From assembly GCA_044229975.1 (NCBI GenBank), contig JBGARZ010000006.1, positions 160,001 through 224,000 of the forward strand: a stretch of 64,000 nt of DNA. The letters run 5' to 3'. The DNA comes from Polyangiales bacterium (GTDB taxonomy: Bacteria > Myxococcota_A > Polyangia > Polyangiales > Ga0077539). A model generated the notes under the pieces. The model saw only the letters and a program-made list of their open reading frames with translations, had not been told where the DNA came from and made no database searches. Position numbers and translations under genes: made by a program. Numbering within the stretch: the stretch's first letter is position 1; the number at the start of each line of letters is the position of its first letter. This document shows positions 1 to 9,251 of this stretch, piece by piece.

Positions 1-288
1 GTCGACGCGACGCACTCCGTCGACTCCATCGTGCGCGGCGTGCAGGGCGACCGCGCGCTGCACGCCAGCTGGCAGGGGCGCCCGACCCTGCGCGTGGTGC
101 GCGAGGTGCGCGGCTCGATGCAGCGAGGCGTCGGCAACCGCGGCGAGGTCCGCCGGTCGCTGGTGATGGTCTGGGTTCCGATGGGCGGACGACTGCTCGT
201 CGCGGTGATCTACCTGCCGGTCGACGGTTCGCCCGCCGACGAGGCGGCCGCCCAGCAGCTCATCGACAGCGTTCGCACGCTGCCCTGA
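1..288 (+). CDS. Hypothetical protein, 3' part (5' end lies outside the window)
   Basis: Frame is open from base 1 to TGA at 286-288 with GC3-rich codons; no family recognised. Confidence 0.6.
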   Translation, partial: VDATHSVDSIVRGVQGDRALHASWQGRPTLRVVREVRGSMQRGVGNRGEVRRSLVMVWVPMGGRLLVAVIYLPVDGSPADEAAAQQLIDSVRTLP

Positions 289-336
289 CTCAAGCGACGG
301 TGACGTCCCGACGCGCGGCACCCACACGGGCCACGC

Positions 337-1878
337 TCACCCCCGCTGCCAGCGCCCCTTGCGCAGCGACACGTCCCTCAGCGTCGCGCGCGCCGCCGTA
401 GGCGCAAACCCCCGCATCGTCACGGCGCCGTCCGTCAGGTGACCCAGCGTGACCCGCGCGAGCGCCAACCGCCCGCCGCCCGCCGCCACGCCGTCCACGC
501 CGAGGTCGAGCCCGCGCACTTCGATGTGCACCTCCGTCGGCGCGCCCTCCTGCCTCGCGTCGTACACCAGCTCGCCCCTCACCCGCAGCGCCTCCAACGG
601 AACCGCATCCGCCGCCCCCAGCCGCACCGTCCCGCCGCCCACCGGCAGCGTCGACGCGTCCGAGAGCCCGACGTCCACCACCAGCCCGTGCACCTCTACC
701 CGCTGCAACGCCACCGACTTCTCGCGCTCGCCGTCGCCCTCGTCGTCGTCACTGCCACCCCTCGGTAGCGCCAGCGTCGGTTGGATCAACGTCCGCAACC
801 GCACCTGCTCACGATGCGCGCGCGCGAGCCCCGCCGCGTCGAGCGGCCACGAAAGCAGCGTCTTCTTCGCCAGCAGCGCGTCGAGCTCGAAGACCAGCGC
901 GTCGTGCGTCACCTCGAAATCGAAGATCGCGTCTTCGAGCGACGACAGCCCATGCTCCAGCTCCTTGAAGTTGATGCAGCCGTCGTTGACCGCCAGCCGC
1001 GCGCGGTGCTTCGCCACCCGGTGGTGGATCACCGGCAGCTTCACCTCCACGCTCGTGTCCGCCTCGATGCGGCCGTGCAACCCGTCGAGCAGGGCCAGGT
1101 CCATCCCCAGCTTCGACGACGGCTTCTCTACCACCGCCACCGCAGCGGTCGTCTCTTCGCTCGCCGGCTCGTCGAGACCATCGAGGGCGACCGAGAGTTC
1201 GCCCGCGTCGACGCGGTCGAAGCTCACCCCGTCGGGCGCGTACCGCAGCGCCGTCACCCGCGCATCCACCACGCGAATCGTGCGCCGCGCGTCGACCACT
1301 TCGAGGCCCGCGAGCGTCACCTCGTCGGCCATCAGCACCACGCCCTCGGCCGAGCGCGTGAGGCGCAACCCGACGAGGTTCACCGTGCTGGCCTGCACCG
1401 TGAGCCCGCCCATCGTCAGCGAGAGACCCTGCGCGCCTAGCGTCGAAGCCACGACGGTCCAGACGTCGGTGGCCGGGTCGTGCCGCGCGTGCAGGGCCGT
1501 GACGTCGAGGGCGCCGCGCACCTTCACGCCGTCGAGGGTGACGCGCAGGTCTGGAACAGCCAGCGCCGCGCAGCGGGCGTCACCGGTGAGCGCGGGCGTG
1601 CGGTCGTCGAGGGCGATGTCGAGGTCGAGGCTGGTGCTGCCCAGGCGCATCGGGCCCGCGAGGTGGAGCGCGCCGTGGGCGAGCAGCCACGCGACCTCGC
1701 CGATGATCTCGTCGGCCTCCACCGGGTCGAGGCGGATGGTCTTGTCGTCCTGCGCGTAGACCCCGCGCAGGCGTCGCGTGGTGTGGAGCGCGATGACCTG
1801 CTCACCGCCGCCGTCGGCGGCGCGCGGGAGGCGGAGCGTGAACTGCTGACCGTCGATGGATTCGAGCGTGATCCTCAT
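337..1878 (-). CDS. Hypothetical beta-strand-rich protein (about 513 aa)
   Basis: ATG at 1878 (MRITLESIDG) with GGAGGG Shine-Dalgarno upstream, 13 nt after the glgA stop; alternating hydrophobic/polar pattern throughout. Confidence 0.75.
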   Translation of the reverse strand: MRITLESIDGQQFTLRLPRAADGGGEQVIALHTTRRLRGVYAQDDKTIRLDPVEADEIIGEVAWLLAHGALHLAGPMRLGSTSLDLDIALDDRTPALTGDARCAALAVPDLRVTLDGVKVRGALDVTALHARHDPATDVWTVVASTLGAQGLSLTMGGLTVQASTVNLVGLRLTRSAEGVVLMADEVTLAGLEVVDARRTIRVVDARVTALRYAPDGVSFDRVDAGELSVALDGLDEPASEETTAAVAVVEKPSSKLGMDLALLDGLHGRIEADTSVEVKLPVIHHRVAKHRARLAVNDGCINFKELEHGLSSLEDAIFDFEVTHDALVFELDALLAKKTLLSWPLDAAGLARAHREQVRLRTLIQPTLALPRGGSDDDEGDGEREKSVALQRVEVHGLVVDVGLSDASTLPVGGGTVRLGAADAVPLEALRVRGELVYDARQEGAPTEVHIEVRGLDLGVDGVAAGGGRLALARVTLGHLTDGAVTMRGFAPTAARATLRDVSLRKGRWQRG

Positions 1879-1891
1879 GGCGTGCCCTCCT

Positions 1892-3355
1892 TCATGCGTC
1901 CGGCGCGATGAGGCGGTAGAGGCTTTCGTACTCGCCGATGCGATGCGACCACCCGAGCGGCAGGCGCATGCCGTTGCGTTGCAGCTTGCGCCAGCGCTCG
2001 CGGTCGTTGCCCGCGCCGGAGCCCCACACGTCGAGCGCGCGACCGAGCGCCCACGCGAGACCGGAGTCATCGAAGTGCTCGAAGACGAAGCCGGTGCCGC
2101 GGCCGGTGCTGGGGTCGAAGTTCCAGACGGTGTCGGCGAGGCCGCCGGTGCGGTGCACGATGGGGACGGTTCCGTACCGCAGGCTGTACATCTGGTTGAG
2201 GCCGCAGGGCTCGTAGCGCGACGGCATCAGGAACATGTCCGCCCCCGCCTCGATGCCGTGCGCCAGCTTCTCGCTGAACCTCGGCTGAAACACCACCTGC
2301 CGCGGAAACGCCTGCGCGAGTCGACGGAAGAAGTCTTCGTAGCGGGGCTCACCCGTGCCGAGCACCGCGAGCTGAAACCGACGATGGGCGAGCATCGGGG
2401 GAAGGACGGACTCGCAGAGGTCGAAGCCCTTCTGCCAGGCGAGGCGCGAGACGATGCCCACCAGCGGGACGTCGGAGCGATACGGGAGACCGGCGGCGGC
2501 GAGGAGGTGGGCTTTGCAGCGCTCTTTCCCGTCGAGGTCTTCGATGGAGAAGGGGGCGACGATGTGGGGGTCGGCGGAGGGGTTCCACTCCGTCTCGTCG
2601 ATGCCGTTGAGGATGCCGCGGAGCACGTCCGAGCGGCCGCGGAGGAAGCCGTCGAGGCCGACGCCGTGCTCGGGCGTCTGGATCTCGCGCGCGTAGGTGG
2701 GGCTCACCGTGGTGATGGCGTTGGCGTAGAGGATCCCGGTGAGCATGAAGCCGAAGCGCCCGGCGTGGAGCTCGTCCTGGTGGAGGCGATCGGCGATGGG
2801 GCCGAGGCCCACTTGATGGAGGCGGTCGGCGGGGAAGGTTCCCTGGTGGCCGAGGTTGTGGATGGTGAGCACGGTGCGGGTGCGCGCGAAGAGCTGGTCC
2901 CACGCGAAGAGGGTGCGCAGGAGCAGCGGGATGAGGCCGGTCTGCCAGTCGTTGCAGTGGATGATGTCGGGCGCGAAGCCGAGGTGCTGGCAGAGCTTGA
3001 GCGCGGCCCAATTGAGAACGCCGAAGCGGAGGTGTTCGTCGCCGGCGGAGTCGTAGATGGACGCGCGGTCGTAGAGCGACGGGCAGCGCACGAAGTAGAC
3101 GGGGACGTCGGTTCCGGGCAGCGGCGCGGTGTGGATGGAGACGTGGACTTCGAGGTCGCCCAGACGGAACGCGATGTCGGGGATGACCTCGGTGAAGGTT
3201 CGGCCGGGCGCGTGGACGCGGGCGTACATGGGGACGACGACGCGCACGTCGTGGCCGAGCTCATGGAGCTGCCGGGGGAGCGCGGCGCCGACGTCGCCGA
3301 GGCCGCCGGTCTTGGCGAAGGGTGCGACCTCCGACGACGCGAAGAGGATCTTCAT
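1892..3355 (-). CDS. glgA: Glycogen synthase (GT5)
   Basis: MKILFASSEVAPFAKTGGLGDV (KTGGL ADP-glucose motif), HCNDWQ, TIHNLGHQG, MPSRYEPCGLNQMY, TGGLADTV. Confidence 0.97.
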   Translation of the reverse strand: MKILFASSEVAPFAKTGGLGDVGAALPRQLHELGHDVRVVVPMYARVHAPGRTFTEVIPDIAFRLGDLEVHVSIHTAPLPGTDVPVYFVRCPSLYDRASIYDSAGDEHLRFGVLNWAALKLCQHLGFAPDIIHCNDWQTGLIPLLLRTLFAWDQLFARTRTVLTIHNLGHQGTFPADRLHQVGLGPIADRLHQDELHAGRFGFMLTGILYANAITTVSPTYAREIQTPEHGVGLDGFLRGRSDVLRGILNGIDETEWNPSADPHIVAPFSIEDLDGKERCKAHLLAAAGLPYRSDVPLVGIVSRLAWQKGFDLCESVLPPMLAHRRFQLAVLGTGEPRYEDFFRRLAQAFPRQVVFQPRFSEKLAHGIEAGADMFLMPSRYEPCGLNQMYSLRYGTVPIVHRTGGLADTVWNFDPSTGRGTGFVFEHFDDSGLAWALGRALDVWGSGAGNDRERWRKLQRNGMRLPLGWSHRIGEYESLYRLIAPDA

Positions 3356-3414
3356 GGGCTCGGCAGGGTATCAGGAGGTCACGAGCGCGCGGGTGTCTGA
3401 TAGCTTCGGCCGCG

Positions 3415-4641
3415 ATGAGCTTCGACGTCGTCTTCCTGGAGCCGTGTTTCCCTGCCAACCAGCGGGAGTTTGTTCGGGCGTTGCACGCGGTGGGGGCTCG
3501 CGTGACGGGCATCGGCGAGCGCCCGAAGGAGTCGCTCGACCCCGAGCTGCGGTCGTGGCTCTTCCACTACGAGCAGATCGGCAACGTGACCGACGAGTCG
3601 CAGGTGGAGAAGGCCGTGCGCTGGATCCAGGGGCGCGTGACGGTCGACCGGCTCGAAGCGACCATCGAGTCGCACGTGATGGCGGCGGCGCGGGTGCGCG
3701 AGCGCTGCGGCATCGAGGGGACGAGCGTGCAGACGACGTTTCTGTGTCGCGACAAGCCGGCGATGAAGGACGCGCTGCGCGAGGCGGGCGTGGCGTGCGC
3801 GCAGTCCATCGGGTCGAGCGACCTCAACGAGCTGCGGGCCTTCGCGGCGAGGGTGGGTTACCCGCTGGTGGTGAAGCCGCGCGACGCGGCGGGGGCGTCG
3901 GGGACGGTGCGCGTGGAGGACGACGACGAGTTCGTCGCGGCGCTGGCGTCGTTTGGCGTGGCGAAGGGGCGGAGCGTGGCCGTCGAGGAGTTCATCGAGG
4001 GGCACGAGGGCTTCTACGACACCATCACCATGGGCGGTGAGGTGGTGCACGAGTTCGTGACGCACTACTACCCCAACGTGCTGGAGGCGATGCGCACGCG
4101 GTGGATCTCGCCGCAGTTCATTGCGACCAACCGCGTCGACGCGCCGGGCTACGACGAGCTGAAGGCGATGGGTCACAAGGTCGTCGACGCGCTGGGGCTG
4201 GAGACGTCGGCGACGCACATGGAGTGGTTCTTCGGCCCGAAGGGGCTGAAGTTCAGCGAGATCGGGTGCCGGCCGCCGGGCGTGCGCGCGTGGGATCTGT
4301 ACGCCGCGGGCAACGACATCGACATCTACAAGGAGTGGGCGATGGCGGTGGTGCACGGGCGGCCGAGCCAGCGGCTGTCGCGGCGGTACTCGGCGGGCAT
4401 CATCGCGCTGCGGCCGGACTGCGACGGGCGCATCGTCGGGTACGAGGGGGTGGAGGAGATCCACCATCGGTTCGGGCGGTGGATCATCGACGAGTATTGG
4501 CCCGCACCGGGTACGCCGACGCAGCCGGTGGAGGCGGGGTACATGGCCAACGCATGGCTGCGGATGAAGCACCCGGACTACGACGAGCTCAGGGGGATGC
4601 TCGATGTGGTCGGGCGCACGGTGAAGGTGCGGGCTCGGTAG
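3415..4641 (+). CDS. ATP-grasp (carboxylate-amine ligase-like) protein
   Basis: CRDKPAMK, GYPLVVKPRDAAGASG, VEEFIEGHEG, THMEWF, FSEIGCRPPG; start at ATG 3415 after TGaTAGCTT. Confidence 0.85.
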   Translation: MSFDVVFLEPCFPANQREFVRALHAVGARVTGIGERPKESLDPELRSWLFHYEQIGNVTDESQVEKAVRWIQGRVTVDRLEATIESHVMAAARVRERCGIEGTSVQTTFLCRDKPAMKDALREAGVACAQSIGSSDLNELRAFAARVGYPLVVKPRDAAGASGTVRVEDDDEFVAALASFGVAKGRSVAVEEFIEGHEGFYDTITMGGEVVHEFVTHYYPNVLEAMRTRWISPQFIATNRVDAPGYDELKAMGHKVVDALGLETSATHMEWFFGPKGLKFSEIGCRPPGVRAWDLYAAGNDIDIYKEWAMAVVHGRPSQRLSRRYSAGIIALRPDCDGRIVGYEGVEEIHHRFGRWIIDEYWPAPGTPTQPVEAGYMANAWLRMKHPDYDELRGMLDVVGRTVKVRAR

Positions 4642-4645
4642 GACG

Positions 4646-5536
4646 TCAGCGCATCCACGCAACGAGTCGATCGGCCAGCTCGGCGCCGACGTCTTCCTGC
4701 AGGAAGTGACCGGCCCCACGGAGCACGTCGTGGGGCTGCCCGCTCGCCCCGGGGATGCGCGCTTGGAGCCGCTTCTCGGCGCCGCGGGTGATTGGGTCGT
4801 TCTTACCAAATAGGGTAAGAAACGGCTTCTTCCACTCGCGCAACGCCTCCCACGCGCGCCGGTTGGCCGGGCTCGCCGGGTCATCGGGTCGCGTCGGAAC
4901 CAGCGTCGGAAACACCCGCGCGCCGGCCTTGTGGCGCTCGGTGGGGAAGGGCGCGTCGTAGGCCGCGCGGGCTTCGGGGGACATGCCGCGCACGCACCCG
5001 GAGGCGACGATGCGCCCGACGGGAAGCACCGGCGTCCATCGCGCGAAGGCACGCCACACATGGAACGCCGGCGGCACCCGCTCATCGCCCGTCGGGAGGT
5101 AGGTGTTGCCGGCGCAGACGCGAGCGAAGCGGCCGCCCTCCTCGGCGGCGAGGCGCAGGCCGATGAGGCCGCCCCAGTCCTGGCAGAAGAGCGTGGCGTC
5201 GCGGAGGTCGAGGGTGGTGAGCACCGCGCGCATCCAGTCGACGTGAGCCTGGTAGGAGTAGGCGCGTGGGTCGGCGGGCTTGTCGCTGCGGCCGAAGCCA
5301 ACGAGGTCGGGTGCGACGACGCGATGCCCGGCGGCGAGCAGGCCAGGGATCATCTTGCGGTACAGGAACGACCAGCTCGGCTCGCCGTGGAGGAGCAGCA
5401 CGGGCGCGGCGTCGCGAGGGCCTTCGTCGAGATAGGCGACGCGCAGACCGCCGACGTCGAGGGTGTGGGGCTTCCAGGGGAAGTCGGGCAGCGCGGCGAA
5501 GCGCTCATCGGGTGTGCGGAGGATGGGGTCGCTCAT
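4646..5536 (-). CDS. Haloalkane dehalogenase (alpha/beta hydrolase, DhlA/DhmA-like)
   Basis: ILRTPDERFAALPDFP N-terminus, LLHGEPSWSFLYRKMIP, nucleophile motif CQDWGG, AGHFLQED. Confidence 0.92.
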   Translation of the reverse strand: MSDPILRTPDERFAALPDFPWKPHTLDVGGLRVAYLDEGPRDAAPVLLLHGEPSWSFLYRKMIPGLLAAGHRVVAPDLVGFGRSDKPADPRAYSYQAHVDWMRAVLTTLDLRDATLFCQDWGGLIGLRLAAEEGGRFARVCAGNTYLPTGDERVPPAFHVWRAFARWTPVLPVGRIVASGCVRGMSPEARAAYDAPFPTERHKAGARVFPTLVPTRPDDPASPANRRAWEALREWKKPFLTLFGKNDPITRGAEKRLQARIPGASGQPHDVLRGAGHFLQEDVGAELADRLVAWMR

Positions 5537-5572
5537 CGACGAGGAGGAAAACACGGAGGCGAGAGGGGGTCA

Positions 5573-5652
5573 GGGACGGTTTCAGCTTTTCACCTTGTCA
5601 CAGAGCAACGAGCCCGGCGGACTGTGACAAGGTGAAAAGCTGAAACCGTCCC
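5573..5652. repeat. Perfect 31-bp inverted repeat with 18-nt loop (REP/MITE-like, family A)
   Basis: gggacggtttcagcttttcaccttgtcacag (5573-5603) pairs with ctgtgacaaggtgaaaagctgaaaccgtccc (5622-5652). Confidence 0.9.
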
Positions 5653-5682
5653 CGTCCCCGTCCCCGACGCTGAACGCTCCCC

Positions 5683-5979
5683 CTACACCTTGGCGGCCAG
5701 CAGCTCGACCTTCTCGATCGAGGGCGGCTGGCTGAGCAGCTCGCTCGCCTTGGCCATCAGGGCGGCGGCGATGGGGCCTTCGAGGTGGGCGGTGCGGGCC
5801 GCCTCGGTCTCGAAGGTGTCGAAGATTCCGAAGGTGGTCGGCCCCAGCCTGAGCGCGAACCACTGGACGGTCCCCGGCTCGGCCTGCGCGAGCGGGAGCG
5901 CGGACGCGAGAAACGCCGCGACCTCGTCGGCCTTCTCGGGTCGGGCTTCGAGGCGTGCAAACAATGCGAGCTTCACCAT
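5683..5979 (-). CDS. Antibiotic-biosynthesis-monooxygenase (ABM) domain protein
   Basis: MVKLALFARLEARPEK...AEPGTVQWFALRLGPTTFGIFDTFETEAARTAHL; AAGGAG RBS; 98 aa. Confidence 0.88.
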   Translation of the reverse strand: MVKLALFARLEARPEKADEVAAFLASALPLAQAEPGTVQWFALRLGPTTFGIFDTFETEAARTAHLEGPIAAALMAKASELLSQPPSIEKVELLAAKV

Positions 5980-6088
5980 GACGCGGACTCCTTCGTGACG
6001 CCCAGCGACGCGCTGAGGACGCCGAACGTAGGCGACCGCGCCGGGAATCGTGAGTGGCAGAAGCGACATCGATGCTATCGATTCCGCC

Positions 6089-7072
6089 ATGCGCATCTCC
6101 GTGCTCGCGCTCGACGGCGTGTTTGACACCGGCCTCGCCAGCCTGCTCGACACCTTCGCCTTCGCCGGCACCCTCGGCCCGGGGCTCGGGCCCGGCGCGC
6201 CGCGCTTCGACGTTCGCGTCGTGGGGATGCGCCGGCGCGTCAAGACCCACCACGGCCTCCGCCTCGACGCCGCGCCGATCGACGGCCGCGCGCCCGCCTA
6301 CCTGGTGGTGCCCGCGCTGTTCGCCGCCGCGCCGGGGGAGGTGGTCGACCTGCTCGCCCGCCGCGACGTGCGCGACGCCTGCGACGCCCTCGCGGGCCAC
6401 AAGCGCGTCACCCTCGCCGCCGCCTGCACCAGCACCTTCGTGCTCGCCGAGGCGGGCGTCCTCGACGACCGGCGCGCGACCACGACGTGGTGGCTGGCGC
6501 CGACGTTCCGCGATCGCTTTCCCGCGGTGGAGCTCGACGCGACCCGCATGGTGATCGACGCCCCGGGCCGGCTGACCGCCGGCGCGGCCATGGCGCACGT
6601 CGACCTCGCGCTGTGGATCATCCGCCAGGCCAGCCCCACCCTCGCGGGCCTCGTCGCGCGCTACCTCGTCCTGGAGCCACGCCCGTCGCAGGCGCCGTTC
6701 ATCATCCCCGACCACCTCGCCCACGCCGACCCACTGGTCGAGCGCTTCGAGCGCTGGGTGCGCGAACACCTCGACGGCCGCATCTCGATGGAGGCCGCGG
6801 CGCGGGCGGTAGGGGCGAGCCAGCGCTCGCTGGAGCGGAGGGTGCGCGCCGTCATCGGCAAGACGCCCGTGGCCTTCGTGCAGGACATCCGCGTGGAGGT
6901 CGCCGCCCACCTGCTGCGCTCGACCGAGGACGACCTCGACGCCATCGCCGCGAGGGTGGGCTACGCCGACGCCACCACCCTCCGCACCCTGCTACGTCGC
7001 AAGCTCGGTCGCGGCGTCCGCGAGCTGCGCGCGAAGGGTGCGGCGCCGTTCGATGAGCGTCGCGTCGACTGA
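6089..7072 (+). CDS. GlxA-family transcriptional regulator (DJ-1/PfpI + AraC HTH)
   Basis: AAACTSTFVLAEAGVLDDRRATTTWW sensor domain; SQRSLERR and IAARVGYADATTLRTLLRR AraC helices; divergent from the ABM gene. Confidence 0.9.
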   Translation: MRISVLALDGVFDTGLASLLDTFAFAGTLGPGLGPGAPRFDVRVVGMRRRVKTHHGLRLDAAPIDGRAPAYLVVPALFAAAPGEVVDLLARRDVRDACDALAGHKRVTLAAACTSTFVLAEAGVLDDRRATTTWWLAPTFRDRFPAVELDATRMVIDAPGRLTAGAAMAHVDLALWIIRQASPTLAGLVARYLVLEPRPSQAPFIIPDHLAHADPLVERFERWVREHLDGRISMEAAARAVGASQRSLERRVRAVIGKTPVAFVQDIRVEVAAHLLRSTEDDLDAIAARVGYADATTLRTLLRRKLGRGVRELRAKGAAPFDERRVD

Positions 7073-7534
7073 AGGCGGGAGAGCGTCGAGAGCGGCGATC
7101 ACCCGCGCGCGATCCCAGGGACGTGACGTCTCGCGCGCGACGCGCAGCAGTGCGAGGCAGTCGTCGAGGTCGACCTCGCTGAGGCGCCCCAGCTTCAGCA
7201 GGATGAACAACGTCACCGTCGGCCGATGGATGCGCGCCCCGCGCCCCTGACGAAGCAGCTCCATCTCCTCTGTCCAGCCAGGGATGCGGTGCACGAAGAA
7301 GTCGGCGGCCGAGTTGAACGCCTCGGGGCTCAGCCCAAGACGCTCGGCCAGCGCCAACAGCGCGAGACGGTCTTCCCGGGAGCCGCGCAGGCTGACCAGG
7401 TCGACGTCCTCGGTCACGCGCTCGGAGAGGAACCACACGGCCGCAGCAGCCCCGCCCACGAGCAACCAGTCGCCCTCAAGCGAGTCGGTCGCTGCGTCGA
7501 TGATCGCGTCGATGCGCCCGCGGTCGAGGGACAT
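6992..7534 (-). CDS. Putative nucleotidyltransferase (DUF6036/AbiEii-like)
   Basis: LLVGGAAAA...RVTEDVDLV (GG...DxD polymerase-beta NTase motif) and C-terminal LKLGRLSEVDLDD. Confidence 0.7.
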   Translation of the reverse strand: MSLDRGRIDAIIDAATDSLEGDWLLVGGAAAAVWFLSERVTEDVDLVSLRGSREDRLALLALAERLGLSPEAFNSAADFFVHRIPGWTEEMELLRQGRGARIHRPTVTLFILLKLGRLSEVDLDDCLALLRVARETSRPWDRARVIAALDALPPSVDATLIERRRTLRAQLADAATELAT

Positions 7535-7552
7535 GCGATACGCTTAGGCGCG

Positions 7553-7867
7553 ATGCGCGACCCGTGGCAAATCCTTCACCGCGCGGGCCTTCCTCTCGCG
7601 GGCGAACGCGACGGCACGCCGCCATCCGAGTGGGAGATCGCCGACGCAACGCGCGCGATCATCGCTACCGAGCCCGCGGGGCGCGAACGAGACGCACTCG
7701 TGGCGTTCATCGACGCGTGGCGCCAGCACTGGCCGACGTCGTTTGCGCGCTCACTTCGCGACGACGCGGCGATGGTCGCGCGCTGGTCGGACTCGCATCG
7801 CGGCGACGAAGGCCGACGGCTGAAGCTGCGCCGCATCGCCCTCGCGAACCTCGCGACGACCCTGTGA
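7553..7867 (+). CDS. Hypothetical 104-aa helical protein
   Basis: ATG at 7553 preceded by TACGCT; fills the gap between the NTase and ATPase genes; no family recognised. Confidence 0.6.
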   Translation: MRDPWQILHRAGLPLAGERDGTPPSEWEIADATRAIIATEPAGRERDALVAFIDAWRQHWPTSFARSLRDDAAMVARWSDSHRGDEGRRLKLRRIALANLATTL

Positions 7868-7925
7868 ACGGGCGCATCACGCATCGGGTTGACGCCCATC
7901 GCAAGTTGGCGCTCCATCCGCTCCC

Positions 7926-9251
7926 ATGCGCGTAGACCGCCTGTACCTGAAGGACACGGGACCCTTTCGCGAGCTCGACGTCGTCTTTCAGCCGAAGGTC
8001 GCGCAAGACAAAGCCGACCTGCACCTCTTCGTCGGCCCCAACGGCAGCGGCAAGACCACCCTGCTCTACGCGATCGCGGAGATGTTCTCGCTGGGACAGC
8101 TCGGCCCGTCTCGTCTCCAAAGACGGATGACGACCGGGCAGGCAAAGGTCGCCACCAGGATCGACGGGAGCACGGCCCTCCTCTTGGCCCAATCGGAGAC
8201 GGTCGGTCTTCGTTCTGGAACTGATCCGTGGAGCGACGTTCGGGTCGGCTGGGTCGGTGGAATCAACGGGGCGATCCTCTTTTCCGATGTCAGCGGGCAT
8301 TTGCGAAGTGTCCAGCTCACGTCCACCACCCCCTTGGATGCCAGCCACCGCTTCGCCTTCGCCGCATTCGCCTACGCCGGGCAGCGCGTGCTCACCGACT
8401 ACAGCCTCACCGCCATCGTCGAGCCATCACTCAGCCCCTTCGCCAACGCCCTCTCGTTCACGCACACCGTCGACACCAGCCAGCTCGCGCAGTGGATTGC
8501 CAACTCCCACGCGAAGGAAGCCTTCGCCCTCCGCGACGGCAACGAACTCGCGGCTCGCCGCTATGCCGAGGCCCGGAGCCACATCGAGAACGCCGCGCGC
8601 GAAGTAGTCGGCGAGGACGTGCGCTTCGAGTTCCGCTACGAGCCCCTCGGCGTCACCCTCCGCCGCGGGCCCACGACGCTCCCTTTCGACCTCCTCCCCG
8701 ACGGAGTGAAGTCCATCCTGAGCTGGCTCGCCGACCTCCTGATGCGCCTCGACCGCATCCCCTGGGTCGACGACACCCCGCTGCTCCAGCGGCGGTTTCT
8801 CCTCCTCCTCGACGAGGTCGACATCCACCTGCACCCCGCGTGGCAGCGCAAGGTGCTGCCGATGGTGCAGCACCTCTTCCCGAACGCGCAGGTCTTCGTC
8901 ACCACACACTCGCCCTTCGTCGTCGCCTCCGTCTCCGACGCCTGGGTCTACCCGCTATCTGTGCGCGATGGCGTCGCCACCATGGGCGCCGCAGTCCCTA
9001 CGCAGGCCGGCACCAGCTATGCGGCTGTCACGAAGTCGATCTTCGGCGTCGAGGAGGACTTCGACGTCGAGACCGAAGCCGGGCTCTCGAATTTCTACGC
9101 GCTCCGCAACGCCGTACTCGGCGGCGACCGCTCGCGGTACGCCGAGCTTCGGTCGGCCGCCAGCGCTCTTGCCGCGCGCGGCGTTGAGGTCGAGGACATC
9201 GTCGCCAGCGAGGTCGCGCAGGTCGACGCTCAGCTCCGGGCCATGCCGTGA
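7926..9251 (+). CDS. ABC/AAA_21 ATPase, PtuA-like defence ATPase (pair 1)
   Basis: Walker A GPNGSGKT, signature LPDG, Walker B LLLLDEVDIHLHPAWQRK, H-loop TTHSP; stop overlaps the HNH start (GTGA). Confidence 0.88.
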   Translation: MRVDRLYLKDTGPFRELDVVFQPKVAQDKADLHLFVGPNGSGKTTLLYAIAEMFSLGQLGPSRLQRRMTTGQAKVATRIDGSTALLLAQSETVGLRSGTDPWSDVRVGWVGGINGAILFSDVSGHLRSVQLTSTTPLDASHRFAFAAFAYAGQRVLTDYSLTAIVEPSLSPFANALSFTHTVDTSQLAQWIANSHAKEAFALRDGNELAARRYAEARSHIENAAREVVGEDVRFEFRYEPLGVTLRRGPTTLPFDLLPDGVKSILSWLADLLMRLDRIPWVDDTPLLQRRFLLLLDEVDIHLHPAWQRKVLPMVQHLFPNAQVFVTTHSPFVVASVSDAWVYPLSVRDGVATMGAAVPTQAGTSYAAVTKSIFGVEEDFDVETEAGLSNFYALRNAVLGGDRSRYAELRSAASALAARGVEVEDIVASEVAQVDAQLRAMP

